Shown: piece by piece, positions 54,038 to 63,386 of the stretch
Layout: each line of letters begins with the position of its first letter
How positions within the stretch are numbered: position 1 is the stretch's first letter
From: an uncultured Actinomycetes bacterium
GTDB taxonomy: Bacteria > Actinomycetota > Acidimicrobiia > Acidimicrobiales > JACCXE01
Length of the DNA: 64,000 nucleotides
Direction: 5' to 3'
Assembly: GCA_963769985.1 (NCBI GenBank)
Contig: CAVYNR010000005.1
Span: 313,133 to 377,132, forward strand
Position numbers and translations under genes: made by a program
The notes under the pieces: generated by a model
Told to the model about the DNA's origin: nothing
Database searches by the model: none
What the model saw: the letters and a program-made list of their open reading frames with translations, nothing else

Positions 54038-54664
54038 TCACGCGCGGAAGGTGGTGACGAGTTGCTCTTGTACGTCGGTCTCGACCGCCTTGTAGCAGTA
54101 GTTGGTCCGCACCCACGCCAAAGCGTCTTTGGCGGGCGTGCCGGTTAGGACGGCGAGGCACGCCAGTGCGGTTCCGGTTCGACCGTGGCCGCCGAAACAT
54201 CCGACTTCGACCCGCTCACCCCTGCGGGCGCGGTCGAGAAGGTCAGTGAGGGCGCGACGTAACGTGTCGAGATCTTCGGGAACACCGAAGTCTGGCCAGT
54301 CGAAGAACTCGTAGGGCCACGGCGGAGCCCAGTTCTCGTCGAGGTAGAGACCGAAATCGGGTGGGTCATCTCGGACGTAGGGATCGTCGCCCAGGAATCG
54401 GACGCCCATGACCGTCGTGCCATCGACGAACTGCACGGGTGTGCGATGAACGTGAGCCTTGGGTGCTGGCCGGCCGGCGGCCTCCCAGTCTTGACGTATC
54501 GCGGCGAGTTCTTCGACCGACGCGTCCGGGTCGGCGCCGCCGCGGACGCGGACCACAATCGCAGCTGCGACGGGATTCTCAGTCGAGGCCGCCCACGCCA
54601 ACGCGGATGTGTCGTCGTCGGTGAACTCGTCCTTCGGCACGCTTCGACTCCCAGAATCTGTCAC
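54038..54664 (-). CDS. Cys-based protein phosphatase (PTP/DSP-like)
   Basis: WPD loop FDWPDFGVP and P-loop VGCFGGHGRTG (CX5R). The GTG start overlaps the upstream stop (GTGA). Confidence 0.7.
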   Translation of the reverse strand: MTDSGSRSVPKDEFTDDDTSALAWAASTENPVAAAIVVRVRGGADPDASVEELAAIRQDWEAAGRPAPKAHVHRTPVQFVDGTTVMGVRFLGDDPYVRDDPPDFGLYLDENWAPPWPYEFFDWPDFGVPEDLDTLRRALTDLLDRARRGERVEVGCFGGHGRTGTALACLAVLTGTPAKDALAWVRTNYCYKAVETDVQEQLVTTFRA

Positions 54665-55597
54665 TCGAACAGGATCGCATCACGCGGAAGACGACCGGAA
54701 GGGAGGCCGCCCGCGTCGCGGATCAGCTGTTGCAGTAAGGCGTCGTCAAAGAACGTGTCCTTCCGCGGGTTCGACCGCATGGCGCCGAAGAACTCCCACA
54801 TGAACTCGATGACGCTTCGGTACTGCACGATGACCCCGAGGAGCGCCGGGTGGACGTCCAGGTGGCGCTGCTCGACGAGGCGCTCCAGGTTCTGCACGAG
54901 TCCTTCGATCGGATAGGTGTTCGGTGGCGCGTCCAGCTGCTGGTTGATCGCCGTCTGGGCCGCCTTTGGCGCTCGGCGCACCAGAGACCAGAGCAGCGCA
55001 CCGACGTTCGCGATCGCCTCGCCATAGTCGTAGTGCTGGTGCGCGGCGAAGAACTCCTGCTCGCGCGCGCTCAACTCGAAGGCGTTGTCGAGCGAGCGCT
55101 CTTCTGTCGCCGCCAGGCGCCGCGTGCGCTGGATGAAGTTCCCAACGCGCTTTCACTCCCGTTCCAATACCGGACGTAGTCGTCGCTACCGATCCAATCG
55201 TCGCGCCGTAGAGACGGCCGCCGCTCTGTCAGTCACGCGCGTGCAACAGCATCGGGAACGCATGCGTTTCGTCCGTCAGGACCCAACCCGTCGTCTTCAC
55301 GTGGACAGCGAGTTCACGGTATGCGCCGAACCCGGCGGAACCGACGCCGTAGTTGTAGAACATCGGAAGCCGGAACCAGTTGCGCGTCGAGTGCCGGTGT
55401 GCCGTCTCCAGCGCCGTGACGGGGATGCGCTTCACGAACACCGTGTCGTCGCCGAGGGTCGCGGTGCTGCTCGCGCCCCACCCGCTTCGACCCGACGACG
55501 GAACAAGTGCAGCCAGGCTGCGATCGTCAAGGAGCGCGAGCCGACTGCTTAGCGACGCGAAACGGTGACGACGCTCTTGCGAGTGCTCGTCCTGCAT
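54661..55597 (-). pseudogene. Hypothetical ~310-aa protein broken by at least two frameshifts (55080-55235); N-terminus weakly kinase-like
   Basis: The pieces are MQDEH...TVFVKRIPVTALE...YGVGSAGFGAYRELAVH...FPMLLHAR, then ...DDWIGSDDYVRYWNGSESALG, then NFIQRTRRLAATEERSLDNAFELSAREQEFF... They were assembled by translating all three frames. Confidence 0.45.
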
Positions 55598-55659
55598 GCG
55601 TCATCCTCGCATCGGGGACTGTCAGGGCGACGGCGAGGAAGCTGACGACGCCCGAGCGC

Positions 55660-56127
55660 TCATCGATTTGCCAATGAGAGCCGGACAGCGTTCGCCCACA
55701 TCGCTTGGGCTGGCCACAACACGCGGGAGGCGTCTTCGATGGAGACCCAACGCAACGTGAAGCGGTGTTCAACGATGTCGCCCCCCGACTTTTCTTCCCA
55801 CTCCCACTCGTCGGTTGGCGTCGCCTCCACGCAGAGATGGAAGGCGTGCTGAATCTGCTCCTCAAATCCCGCGGGAACGTTGCCTACATCGGCCATGTAC
55901 CAGGCCTCACCGAGCTTGCGGACAATCAACGCTGAATCGATTCCAGACTCCTCAGCGAGTTCTCGCAACACGGCCGCCTCTGCCGTCTCTCCCTCGTGAA
56001 TCCCGCCGGCGGGAACCTGCGTACCGGCGGCCGGAATGTCGGCGTGGTCAAACACGAGTAGCCGTCCGCGCGGGTCCGTCACGAACGCGGTCGCGCGGTG
56101 GTAGCAGCTCGGGTGCCAGTCAGCCAC
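55660..56127 (-). CDS. NUDIX hydrolase
   Basis: NUDIX box GGIHEGETAEAAVLRELAEESGI. Confidence 0.85.
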   Translation of the reverse strand: MADWHPSCYHRATAFVTDPRGRLLVFDHADIPAAGTQVPAGGIHEGETAEAAVLRELAEESGIDSALIVRKLGEAWYMADVGNVPAGFEEQIQHAFHLCVEATPTDEWEWEEKSGGDIVEHRFTLRWVSIEDASRVLWPAQAMWANAVRLSLANR

Positions 56128-56194
56128 AGGGCCCAGTCTGGCGCAACGCCGCGTGCGTCGTTCCGGCGATCGGCGTGCTCTCTAGATTTGGGAT

Positions 56195-56797
56195 GTGAGT
56201 TGGCCGACGTTGACAACCGATCGCCTCGTGTTACGCCCACTCGCCGTCGACGACCTCGGCGCGCTAGCCCCGCTGCACGCGGAAGAGTCATTCTGGAAAT
56301 ACCCGTTCGGGCGCGGATGGTCCCAGGGCGAGACCGAAGCGTTTCTCGAACGGACCGTTCAACGCTACGACGATCCGGGCATGGCCGTGTCGGCGATAGT
56401 CGTCGCGGAGACGGGCGAACTCGCGGGCTGGGCGGGCCTGTCGATCCCAACGTTTTTGCCGGAAGTTCTTCCTGCGGTCGAGGTTGGCTGGCGGCTCGGC
56501 GAACGATTCCGGGGAAAGGGCTACGCCACCGAAGCCGGCGCGGCATGGGTCCGTCACGGTTTCGACGCGCTCAGTCTCGACTCGCTCGTCAGCATCTACG
56601 AACCGGACAACATCGCGTCGGGCGTGGTCATGCAACGCCTCGGCTTCGCGTTCGTGCGCGAAGCCACACATCCGACCTACAACGTGTCCGTCCACGTCAT
56701 GGCGCTCTCACGGGATGCGTGGCTCGCCACCGCCGAGCGCGCCCCAGACTTCGAGCACGAACAGACTCCGCAGGGCTTCTTGTTCGCGGCGCAGTAG
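56195..56797 (+). CDS. GNAT family N-acetyltransferase (RimJ/RimL-like)
   Basis: LTTDRLVLRPL...VGWRLGERFRGKGYATEAGAAWV... Confidence 0.85.
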   Translation: MSWPTLTTDRLVLRPLAVDDLGALAPLHAEESFWKYPFGRGWSQGETEAFLERTVQRYDDPGMAVSAIVVAETGELAGWAGLSIPTFLPEVLPAVEVGWRLGERFRGKGYATEAGAAWVRHGFDALSLDSLVSIYEPDNIASGVVMQRLGFAFVREATHPTYNVSVHVMALSRDAWLATAERAPDFEHEQTPQGFLFAAQ

Positions 56798-56832
56798 ATA
56801 CGTTGCTCCCGAATGAAGACGCCGCTCACGGG

Positions 56833-57210
56833 ATGACCGATTACCTGGATGTGCCCGTCGAGATCATTCGTCGGGTTCGTGCCGCGTGCGCGCACCTGCC
56901 CGAGGCGTATGAGGAGCAAGCTTTCGCAGGCGTCCGATGGCGCATCCGTGGCTCCACCTTGGCGCACCTGGTCACACGGCTGCACGACCGCAGTCCGCTC
57001 ACGTACGTCACCTTCCATGCCGCTTCCCCCGAACTCGAGGCACTGCCGGCGATGGGCGATCCGTTCTACGAAGGTTGGGGGCCCGGTCTCGTCGCAATGG
57101 TGCTGCGCGAGGACGGCACGACCGACTGGGCGGAAGTCAAGGAGTTAGTCACCGACAGCTACCGGCTGCTGGCGCCGAAGAAGCTGATCGCACAACTCGG
57201 CGTCACTTAG
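56833..57210 (+). CDS. MmcQ/YjbR family protein
   Basis: ...LPEAYEEQAFAGVRWRIRGSTLAHL... 125 aa, taken from the ATG at 56833 within the long ORF 56098..57210. Confidence 0.6.
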   Translation: MTDYLDVPVEIIRRVRAACAHLPEAYEEQAFAGVRWRIRGSTLAHLVTRLHDRSPLTYVTFHAASPELEALPAMGDPFYEGWGPGLVAMVLREDGTTDWAEVKELVTDSYRLLAPKKLIAQLGVT

Positions 57211-57297
57211 GCGGCGTGTTGTCCATCTCCGACTGATTCTGCGGACGCGTTGTAGACACGCCGGCCGTTACACTCGGACGTATCCGCGCCGGTAACG

Positions 57298-58041
57298 ATG
57301 CCCGCGGGTTGGAGGTCTGGGGTAGTGCAGCGTCGCTGGGTGTGGTCGATCGCGGTCGCCGTGATTCTGCTTACGGTTGGCATCTTCGCCGTGAACGACG
57401 ACGGCGGCGGCTCCGAGACCCTCCACCTCGACCGGGTGGGCTCGCCGCGCGGAGCCGCCGGCGACGAGAGCTCCTCGACGTCGACCGGCAATGTCACTGA
57501 CCAGAACGCCGCCGCGACGCCTTCGACAACCGCGGCATCAGTCCCGCAATCCTCCGCGACTACCGCGGTGACGAGGCCTCGGTCGGGAGTAGCTCCAGCG
57601 AGCACAACGCCGCCGCCTAAGGGAGAGCCGACGCCGACGCCGGCGACACAGCCACGCCGATGGGTGACCGTGATGACTCTTTCCCGCGACTTCGGCGACA
57701 GCCAGCGGGCGGATAGTTCGCGGTTCCAACTGTTGACGGGTAAGGCCCGGATCGTGCTCGATGCGTTCGAGGTCGGCAACGAGGACGCCCGTCTCTTCTG
57801 GCACATCATGGGATCGGAGCCGTATACCTCGGAGGCTCATGGCGTCTGCGAAGGACCCCCGACGACATCGTCGCCGCCGCCGCAGCCGGGGGCGCCAGCG
57901 ACGACGGCGCCCCCTCCGTCAACGAGCCCGACTTGCGAGTCCGGCTACGAGGCTGGCTTCGACATTGAGCCCGAGAGTTACTTTCTGCGTGTTGACTCCA
58001 CTCACTCCGAGTGGACCGCGAGGATTCAAGAGCTCCGCTAA
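57298..58041 (+). CDS. Hypothetical membrane-anchored protein with Pro/Thr/Ser-rich linkers
   Basis: N-terminal TM helix WVWSIAVAVILLTVGIFAV. No known domain recognised. Confidence 0.45.
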   Translation: MPAGWRSGVVQRRWVWSIAVAVILLTVGIFAVNDDGGGSETLHLDRVGSPRGAAGDESSSTSTGNVTDQNAAATPSTTAASVPQSSATTAVTRPRSGVAPASTTPPPKGEPTPTPATQPRRWVTVMTLSRDFGDSQRADSSRFQLLTGKARIVLDAFEVGNEDARLFWHIMGSEPYTSEAHGVCEGPPTTSSPPPQPGAPATTAPPPSTSPTCESGYEAGFDIEPESYFLRVDSTHSEWTARIQELR

Positions 58042-58068
58042 GCAAGTGGCGAGGACGCCGTCGTTGCT

Positions 58069-58692
58069 TCAGCGTTGCGTGCGTTCCGCGAGGAGGTAGA
58101 GCCTGACCGTTTGGCCCTCCGACGAATACGGCGGTCGTCGTTCCGCGACACGGACGGTGAGATCGGCCTCCTCGGCCGCGGCGACGAGCTCGTGGAGTCC
58201 AAAGAAGCTCGCGCGGAGGTCGACGTGTTGATCGAGGAACTCGGTCACCTTGACGTCGCCTTCACCTTCGTGTGCAGACACCAGCGCGTATCCGCCGGGC
58301 CGCAGGGCCCGTGCAAATTCCCGAAAGGCAGTGGGAAGGTCGGAGCGAGGAAGGTGAATGACTGAGTAGAAGGCGACGATCGCGCCAGCCGTCCCGTTCG
58401 CGATCGGGAGCAACCGCATATCGGCAACGGCAGCGGCGTCAAGCCGAGTCGATGCGAGTGCGGCCATCTCGCTGCTTACGTCGATCCCGACGACCGTGCG
58501 GCCTCGCTCGCACAGGTACGCGCCGATCTGGCCCGGGCCACAGCCGATCTCGATGATCAGGCCTTCCGCCTGTTCCACAATGCGATCGAGCAGTTCGCGG
58601 TCGCGCGGCTTGTCAGCGAGCTCATCGAGAAACCGCGCTTCGTATCGCTTCGCGACGCGGTCGTAGGCGTCGATCGTTGACTCGTCCGCCAC
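58069..58692 (-). CDS. Class I SAM-dependent methyltransferase (start uncertain: GTG 58692 or ATG 58731)
   Basis: Motif I LIIEIGCGPGQIGAYL, then ...AIVAFYSVIHL... Confidence 0.8.
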   Translation of the reverse strand: MADESTIDAYDRVAKRYEARFLDELADKPRDRELLDRIVEQAEGLIIEIGCGPGQIGAYLCERGRTVVGIDVSSEMAALASTRLDAAAVADMRLLPIANGTAGAIVAFYSVIHLPRSDLPTAFREFARALRPGGYALVSAHEGEGDVKVTEFLDQHVDLRASFFGLHELVAAAEEADLTVRVAERRPPYSSEGQTVRLYLLAERTQR

Positions 58693-58731
58693 GCAAACAT
58701 CCTGACAACTTCGACCTCTCAATGTCAGCAT

Positions 58732-59079
58732 GTGAGGATGCCGCGGTCGAGACGCAGCCCCAACCGCATCACCGACAACTCCCTCGTCGACGACGCCGGA
58801 TATGAGTGGCATCGGGTCACCAAGGACCTACGACGCGACGCCATCGCTCGTCTATTGGCCGACCCCGATGTTCGTGTCGGTGTGCACGCCGCACGGGCAA
58901 GCCTGCGCTGGATCGCAGACGTTGAGCGTGAACAAGTCTGGAGCGAGGAGATCGAACCGAACTTCCACGACCATGCTGGCGACGCGGCCGAGAACTCCGC
59001 TCCCCGCCAGCTGCCCTTTCACGCCACGTTGTGGCGTCGGCGCGGCAAGCAGCTGCTGATGTTCGACGACTTCGATTGA
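58732..59079 (+). CDS. Hypothetical protein
   Basis: 115-aa ORF divergent from the methyltransferase. No motif recognised. Confidence 0.35.
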   Translation: MRMPRSRRSPNRITDNSLVDDAGYEWHRVTKDLRRDAIARLLADPDVRVGVHAARASLRWIADVEREQVWSEEIEPNFHDHAGDAAENSAPRQLPFHATLWRRRGKQLLMFDDFD

Positions 59080-59160
59080 CTTCCGGATGCGAGCCGTGCA
59101 GACCACAGCGGTTGCTAATTGGTTGCTGGGCCAGGCCCGACATACCAGGGTGTGTCTGAC

Positions 59161-59673
59161 ATGAGGAACGACGAGCGGCCCGAGCCCCCCTACACCGGCG
59201 ACGAGCGGGCGACGCTCGCCGGCTTCCTCGACTACCAGCGCGCCACCCTCGAATGGAAGTGCGACGGCCTCTCCGACGAGCAGCTACGCCAGCGACCGCT
59301 GCCGACGTCGGCGATGTCACTGCTCGGTCTCGTGCGTCACCTCGCCGACGTCGAGCAGAACTGGTTCCGCGTCTTTCTCGATGGCCAGACGGCTTCGTGG
59401 CACTACTGGCACCGCGGTCCCGACGGTAGCGACACCGACTGGGAGGTCGAGATGGCCGACGTCGCCGAGTCGTTCCGCGTCTGGCGCGAGGAGGTCGACC
59501 ATGCCAGCCGCATCGTTGCCGAGAGCGAGTCGCTCGACCGGAGCTTCGACCATCCCCACGACGGTCCGGTCACGCTCCGGTGGATCCTGACCCACATGAT
59601 CGAGGAGTACGCGCGTCACAACGGGCACGCCGACCTCCTGCGCGAGGCGATCGACGGCGCCGTCGGCGAGTGA
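59161..59673 (+). CDS. DinB-fold protein (DUF664 / mycothiol-transferase-like)
   Basis: ...LAGFLDYQRATLEWKCDGLSDEQL...LLGLVRHLADVE...ILTHMIEEYARHNGHADLLRE... Confidence 0.8.
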   Translation: MRNDERPEPPYTGDERATLAGFLDYQRATLEWKCDGLSDEQLRQRPLPTSAMSLLGLVRHLADVEQNWFRVFLDGQTASWHYWHRGPDGSDTDWEVEMADVAESFRVWREEVDHASRIVAESESLDRSFDHPHDGPVTLRWILTHMIEEYARHNGHADLLREAIDGAVGE

Positions 59674-59683
59674 GCGAGCGGCG

Positions 59684-60475
59684 ATGATCGACGACATGGG
59701 GCAGATTGAGGTCGTTGTCGCGCACTCCGAGCGCGTGACGCTGCGCGTCGGCGATGTGTACCTGAAGATCGACACCGATCACGCGCGCATCGAGCGAGAG
59801 GTCGAGGTCATGGCGAGGGCGCCGATCCCGACCCCCGAGGTCCTTTGGCGTACGCCGCCGGTGCTCGCCCTCGCGGCAGTTCCTGGCGCGGCGCTCGGCG
59901 TGCTTAACGAGCCTTCGCGCGCGTCCTCGGCGGCGTGGGTTGCGGCGGGTGCCGCCGTCCGCGCGCTGCACGACGCTGCGCTCCCGCCGTGGCCCAGCAG
60001 CCAGAATCAGCAGCAGCCCGCTCGCAGCAGTCGGGGCACGGTCGAGTTTCCGCCACAGTTCGACTCGGAGTGTGAGTGGCTCGTCGCCAACAGTGTGGTG
60101 TCCGCCGACGTTGTGCGGCGCAATCGTCAGGTCGCGGAGGCGGCGCTGCGACCATGGACACCGGTGTTCATCCACGGCGACCTGCAGATTGTTCATGTGT
60201 TCGTCGACGGTGACGAGGTGAGCGGCGTCGTGGACTGGTCCGAGGGCGGCCAAGGCGATGCGATGTACGACCTCGCCACGCTGACGCTCGCCCACGAGGA
60301 GCACCTCGGCGATGTTCTCGCGGGCTATGGCGGCGACATCGAGATCGACGTGATTCGCGCATACTGGTCATTGCGAAGTTTGATGGTGATCCGCTGGCTG
60401 GCCGAGCACGGCTACGGCGCGCCGGAGACGTTCCCAGAGGTCGCGGTGCTCAACTCCGTGTCCGCCGCGCCGTGA
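59684..60475 (+). CDS. Aminoglycoside/antibiotic phosphotransferase (APH) family kinase
   Basis: VFIHGDLQIVHVFVDGDEVSGVVDWSEGGQGDAMYDLA is the Brenner/APH catalytic and activation motif. Confidence 0.8.
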   Translation: MIDDMGQIEVVVAHSERVTLRVGDVYLKIDTDHARIEREVEVMARAPIPTPEVLWRTPPVLALAAVPGAALGVLNEPSRASSAAWVAAGAAVRALHDAALPPWPSSQNQQQPARSSRGTVEFPPQFDSECEWLVANSVVSADVVRRNRQVAEAALRPWTPVFIHGDLQIVHVFVDGDEVSGVVDWSEGGQGDAMYDLATLTLAHEEHLGDVLAGYGGDIEIDVIRAYWSLRSLMVIRWLAEHGYGAPETFPEVAVLNSVSAAP

Positions 60476-61208
60476 CGCAAACACGAGAGCGCGTCGTGGT
60501 CACCGTCGCGCCCGTCGGGGTCGCGGCGTCGCGTAGGCGTGCGAGTCCGCGGGCGTACGCGGCATCGTCGAGCATTGCGAGTTGTGACACGACGCGGCGT
60601 TCGGCGTCGGCGAGGGCGTCGACTGCGGGAATTTCCTCGCCGCCCGAGTCCAGGACGATCTCGACCCTGAACTGGCGCGCCTCGAGCGCCTCGCCGATGC
60701 GCGCCGCTGGCCAGAACCGGGCGGCGTCGATCGCGATCGCTTCCGGGAAGAAGTCGTACAGCCACCAGCCGTCCGCGGCGGCGGGCTCAATGTTGTTGAT
60801 GCGGTACCCGCCGTCTTGTCGCAACACGCGACGGACCTCGTCCAGCGCCGCGTCTTTGTCGGTGATGTGGTGGAACGCGTAACTCGTCGCGATGTAGTCG
60901 ACGGCTGCATCGGGTAGTGGGAGGTGCTCCGCGTGGGCGCGGACCAGGTTGGAGATTCCCTTCGCGTGCGCCGCGGCGAGCATGGCGGCCGACGGGTCGA
61001 GTCCGAGCCACTGAATAGCAGCATCGGGAAACGACGCTTGTTGTGCCGCCAGCCACCGCCCGGTGCCCGTACCGACATCGAGAACGTGAAGGGCCGAGCG
61101 CGACGGCAACGTGGTGAGCAGTTCGACGATGACGTCATCGCGCGGGAATGACCACTTCGCCCGGTCATCGTCATACCGCGACGCCAAACGCTCGTAATCG
61201 GTGCGCAC
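60450..61208 (-). CDS. Class I SAM-dependent methyltransferase
   Basis: Motif I VLDVGTGTGRWL, then ...YAFHHITDKDAALDEVRRVLRQDG... GTG start at 61208. The 3' end overlaps the APH 3' end by 26 nt. Confidence 0.8.
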   Translation of the reverse strand: MRTDYERLASRYDDDRAKWSFPRDDVIVELLTTLPSRSALHVLDVGTGTGRWLAAQQASFPDAAIQWLGLDPSAAMLAAAHAKGISNLVRAHAEHLPLPDAAVDYIATSYAFHHITDKDAALDEVRRVLRQDGGYRINNIEPAAADGWWLYDFFPEAIAIDAARFWPAARIGEALEARQFRVEIVLDSGGEEIPAVDALADAERRVVSQLAMLDDAAYARGLARLRDAATPTGATVTTTRSRVCVTARRTRS

Positions 61209-61327
61209 CGTCCTGGATCGTAAGCGTCGCTCCCAACCGGCGTTAGGTGGCACACGCGCTGGCGCGTAAGCGCGCTCGGACGGTGCTGGCCGGTGTCGAC
61301 ATCGGCGGCGGTGGAAGGATGTAAAGC

Positions 61328-61717
61328 ATGGATCCCGTGTCGGAGGTTCTCGAGCTCGACCAACGGCTGCGCATCGCATTCGAGTCTCGCGACATGGACC
61401 TGATCGAGACGCTGCATGGGCCTGAGTTCATCCTGAATGGTCCCAGTGGGAAGCTCCAATCCCGAACCGAGACGATGAAGCTGCTCCGCGCGTCGTCGGC
61501 GCGACAAACGGACTTGGAGCGCGTTGTCGAGGCCGCGTATCAAAGTGGCGACGACGTCGTGGTCATCATGGGACGCGAGTCCCTAACTTGGGAGGGAACA
61601 GGACGAGCCGATCTCGACGGCCGTCGCACGGCGCGGCGGTTCACGAACGTCTGGCATCGTGTCGACGGGAACTGGCGCTATATCGCGCGACAGGCCACGA
61701 CAGTTCCCGTCGAGTAA
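61328..61717 (+). CDS. NTF2-like (SnoaL/DUF4440-type) protein
   Basis: ...FTNVWHRVDGNWRYIARQATTV is the typical C-terminal strand pattern; 129 aa. Confidence 0.65.
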   Translation: MDPVSEVLELDQRLRIAFESRDMDLIETLHGPEFILNGPSGKLQSRTETMKLLRASSARQTDLERVVEAAYQSGDDVVVIMGRESLTWEGTGRADLDGRRTARRFTNVWHRVDGNWRYIARQATTVPVE

Positions 61718-61764
61718 CGCGTGCGTACGCCCAGAAGCTCAGTTTCGATGCTGCGTCCGCTGCG

Positions 61765-62145
61765 CTACTCGGGGTACGGCAGATCCTCAGGCCGACAATT
61801 GCGGTAGTCGGGCTCTGGCAGTGCCGAGAGCCGACGCGTGGCGATCGTTGTCCGTTCTTCGAGCAAGGCGCGCATGACGCGATGCATGCCATCCATCACT
61901 CGCCCGTCAGGGCCAAGGATGATTGGATACGACGTGTCGACCTCATTCGTCAGACGCGCATGCACGGCGATCTCGCGGACGGTCGCCGGGTGCTCATCGT
62001 CAAACCAGTACACGGAGTCGACTTCAGCGATGTCCGCGAGCGCGACTTCCTCGACCGGAGCAGTCGCCGTGAGCGCGACCAACCGATCGACGTCCCACGC
62101 GTCCTGTCCGTGCTCGCCCGGCCAGAAGTGGTACTGCTTTCTCAC
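61765..62145 (-). CDS. Small ParB/sulfiredoxin-fold-like protein
   Basis: ...YPIILGPDGRVMDGMHRVMRAL... is a DGxHR-type motif; 126 aa. Confidence 0.45.
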   Translation of the reverse strand: MRKQYHFWPGEHGQDAWDVDRLVALTATAPVEEVALADIAEVDSVYWFDDEHPATVREIAVHARLTNEVDTSYPIILGPDGRVMDGMHRVMRALLEERTTIATRRLSALPEPDYRNCRPEDLPYPE

Positions 62146-62185
62146 GTGCTGAACTATGCCTCAGGTGAGTTCTCCGCCCTAACGC

Positions 62186-63242
62186 TCAGCGGAGTCTCGG
62201 GTTGCGCGCGATGGCGACGAGGAGGCCAGTCTTCGGGACCGGTTCGATCGTCTCGATGTCGGCGTAGCCGGCATCGGTGAGATCGACGCGGATCTCTTCG
62301 CGGGTTGGAAGCCGGTGGCTGCTTGCGGTGACTCGAACCATGAGGTCGAGGTGCCGGTTGAACGCGTGGCCTTTGGTGGTTGCTGTCGCGAGCATTAGCA
62401 CCCCGTCAGCAGCGACGACCGTTCTGATGGCGCGAAGGGTCTCGGAGCGACGTTCCGGAGGCCAGTAATAGATGTTGTTGAGCAGCGTGACCAGGTCGAA
62501 GTCACCGATCTCTCCGGCCAGTTCCTCGATGTCGCCCTGCCGGAGCTCGCAGCGTCCTAGGACGCGCAGTGGTTCAAGGAGATCCGACCCGACCCGAATC
62601 GCGCCGGCATCGCGGTCGATCCCCAGACCCGTGGCCGTGGGGGCGGCTGCGAGCATGTGCCGCAGGTACACGCCGCTGCCACACCCGATGTCGAGCACGC
62701 GTTGCGGGTTTTCGCGGCGGGTGACTGCGCGCACGGCGGGACCGAGGATTGGCTCAGCGATACGCGAGCTGGCGGCGATCGCAGCGCCACAATCGGCGTC
62801 GTAGGCGACTGCCGGCGCGCCCCGAAGGTGGGAGTCCAGCGCCGTGTAGACGCGGTTGCTGTACACGACCAGCTCCTCGGCGACGCCGCGAAGATCAGGC
62901 GACGATCCCGAGATCGCTCGGAGCCGTCGACCACGTGCGCGGTACCGACCGTGCAGAAATCGAATCTCTCGCAACGAGATGCCGAGTGCGAGCACGGCCT
63001 CAAGCAGGTCGGAGTCCGAGAGACCGGCCTCGTCACGGAGTTCGTCGAGGGCGTCGCAGCGCCTCCGCCACACCGGTGCGAGCCATGACGCCGAGGAACT
63101 CGAGCCGGATCCAGGCGTTGAGGTCCTTGACGAGCAAGCCGTGAGCAGCTCCGTCGGGAACCCGGACCAGGCTGCGGAGGATGTCGGGGACCAAATCTCG
63201 GTGTCGCAGCACAACCCGAAGTCTCGCCGCGCTAGCCGTCAC
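62186..63242 (-). pseudogene. O-methyltransferase-like class I SAM methyltransferase with an N-terminal dimerisation/wHTH region, frameshift near 63040-63100
   Basis: N-terminus ...DILRSLVRVPDGAAHGLLVKDLNAWIRLEFLGVMARTGVAEAL is in ORF 63033..63242. The rest, with VLDIGCGSGVYL, is in ORF 62186..63214. Confidence 0.75.
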
Positions 63243-63386
63243 CTACGCAATTTTTGGCGTGCACTTAGGGCTGTGATTGTGCGCAGCCGACACCGGATCA
63301 CGGCCATAAATGCACGTGAAGGTTGGTCTACGCCGCATGTCCCTAAGTGCCGGTAGGAGACGCGCCGAGAGCCGATCTCGTCAAAT

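Noticed and set aside
59119-59160. Upstream extension of the DinB gene (ORF track start 59119) and GGTTGCT tandem (59111-59128)
   Set aside because: The family alignment starts near MRNDERPEPPYTGDERATLAGFLDYQR, so the ATG at 59161 was preferred. The 7-mer tandem is too short to be meaningful.
418-63242. Programmed ribosomal frameshifting or transcriptional slippage to explain the broken genes
   Set aside because: The breaks occur in 13 unrelated genes, up to about nine per gene. There are no shared slippery heptamers, and the breaks are spatially clustered. This is not compatible with programmed recoding.
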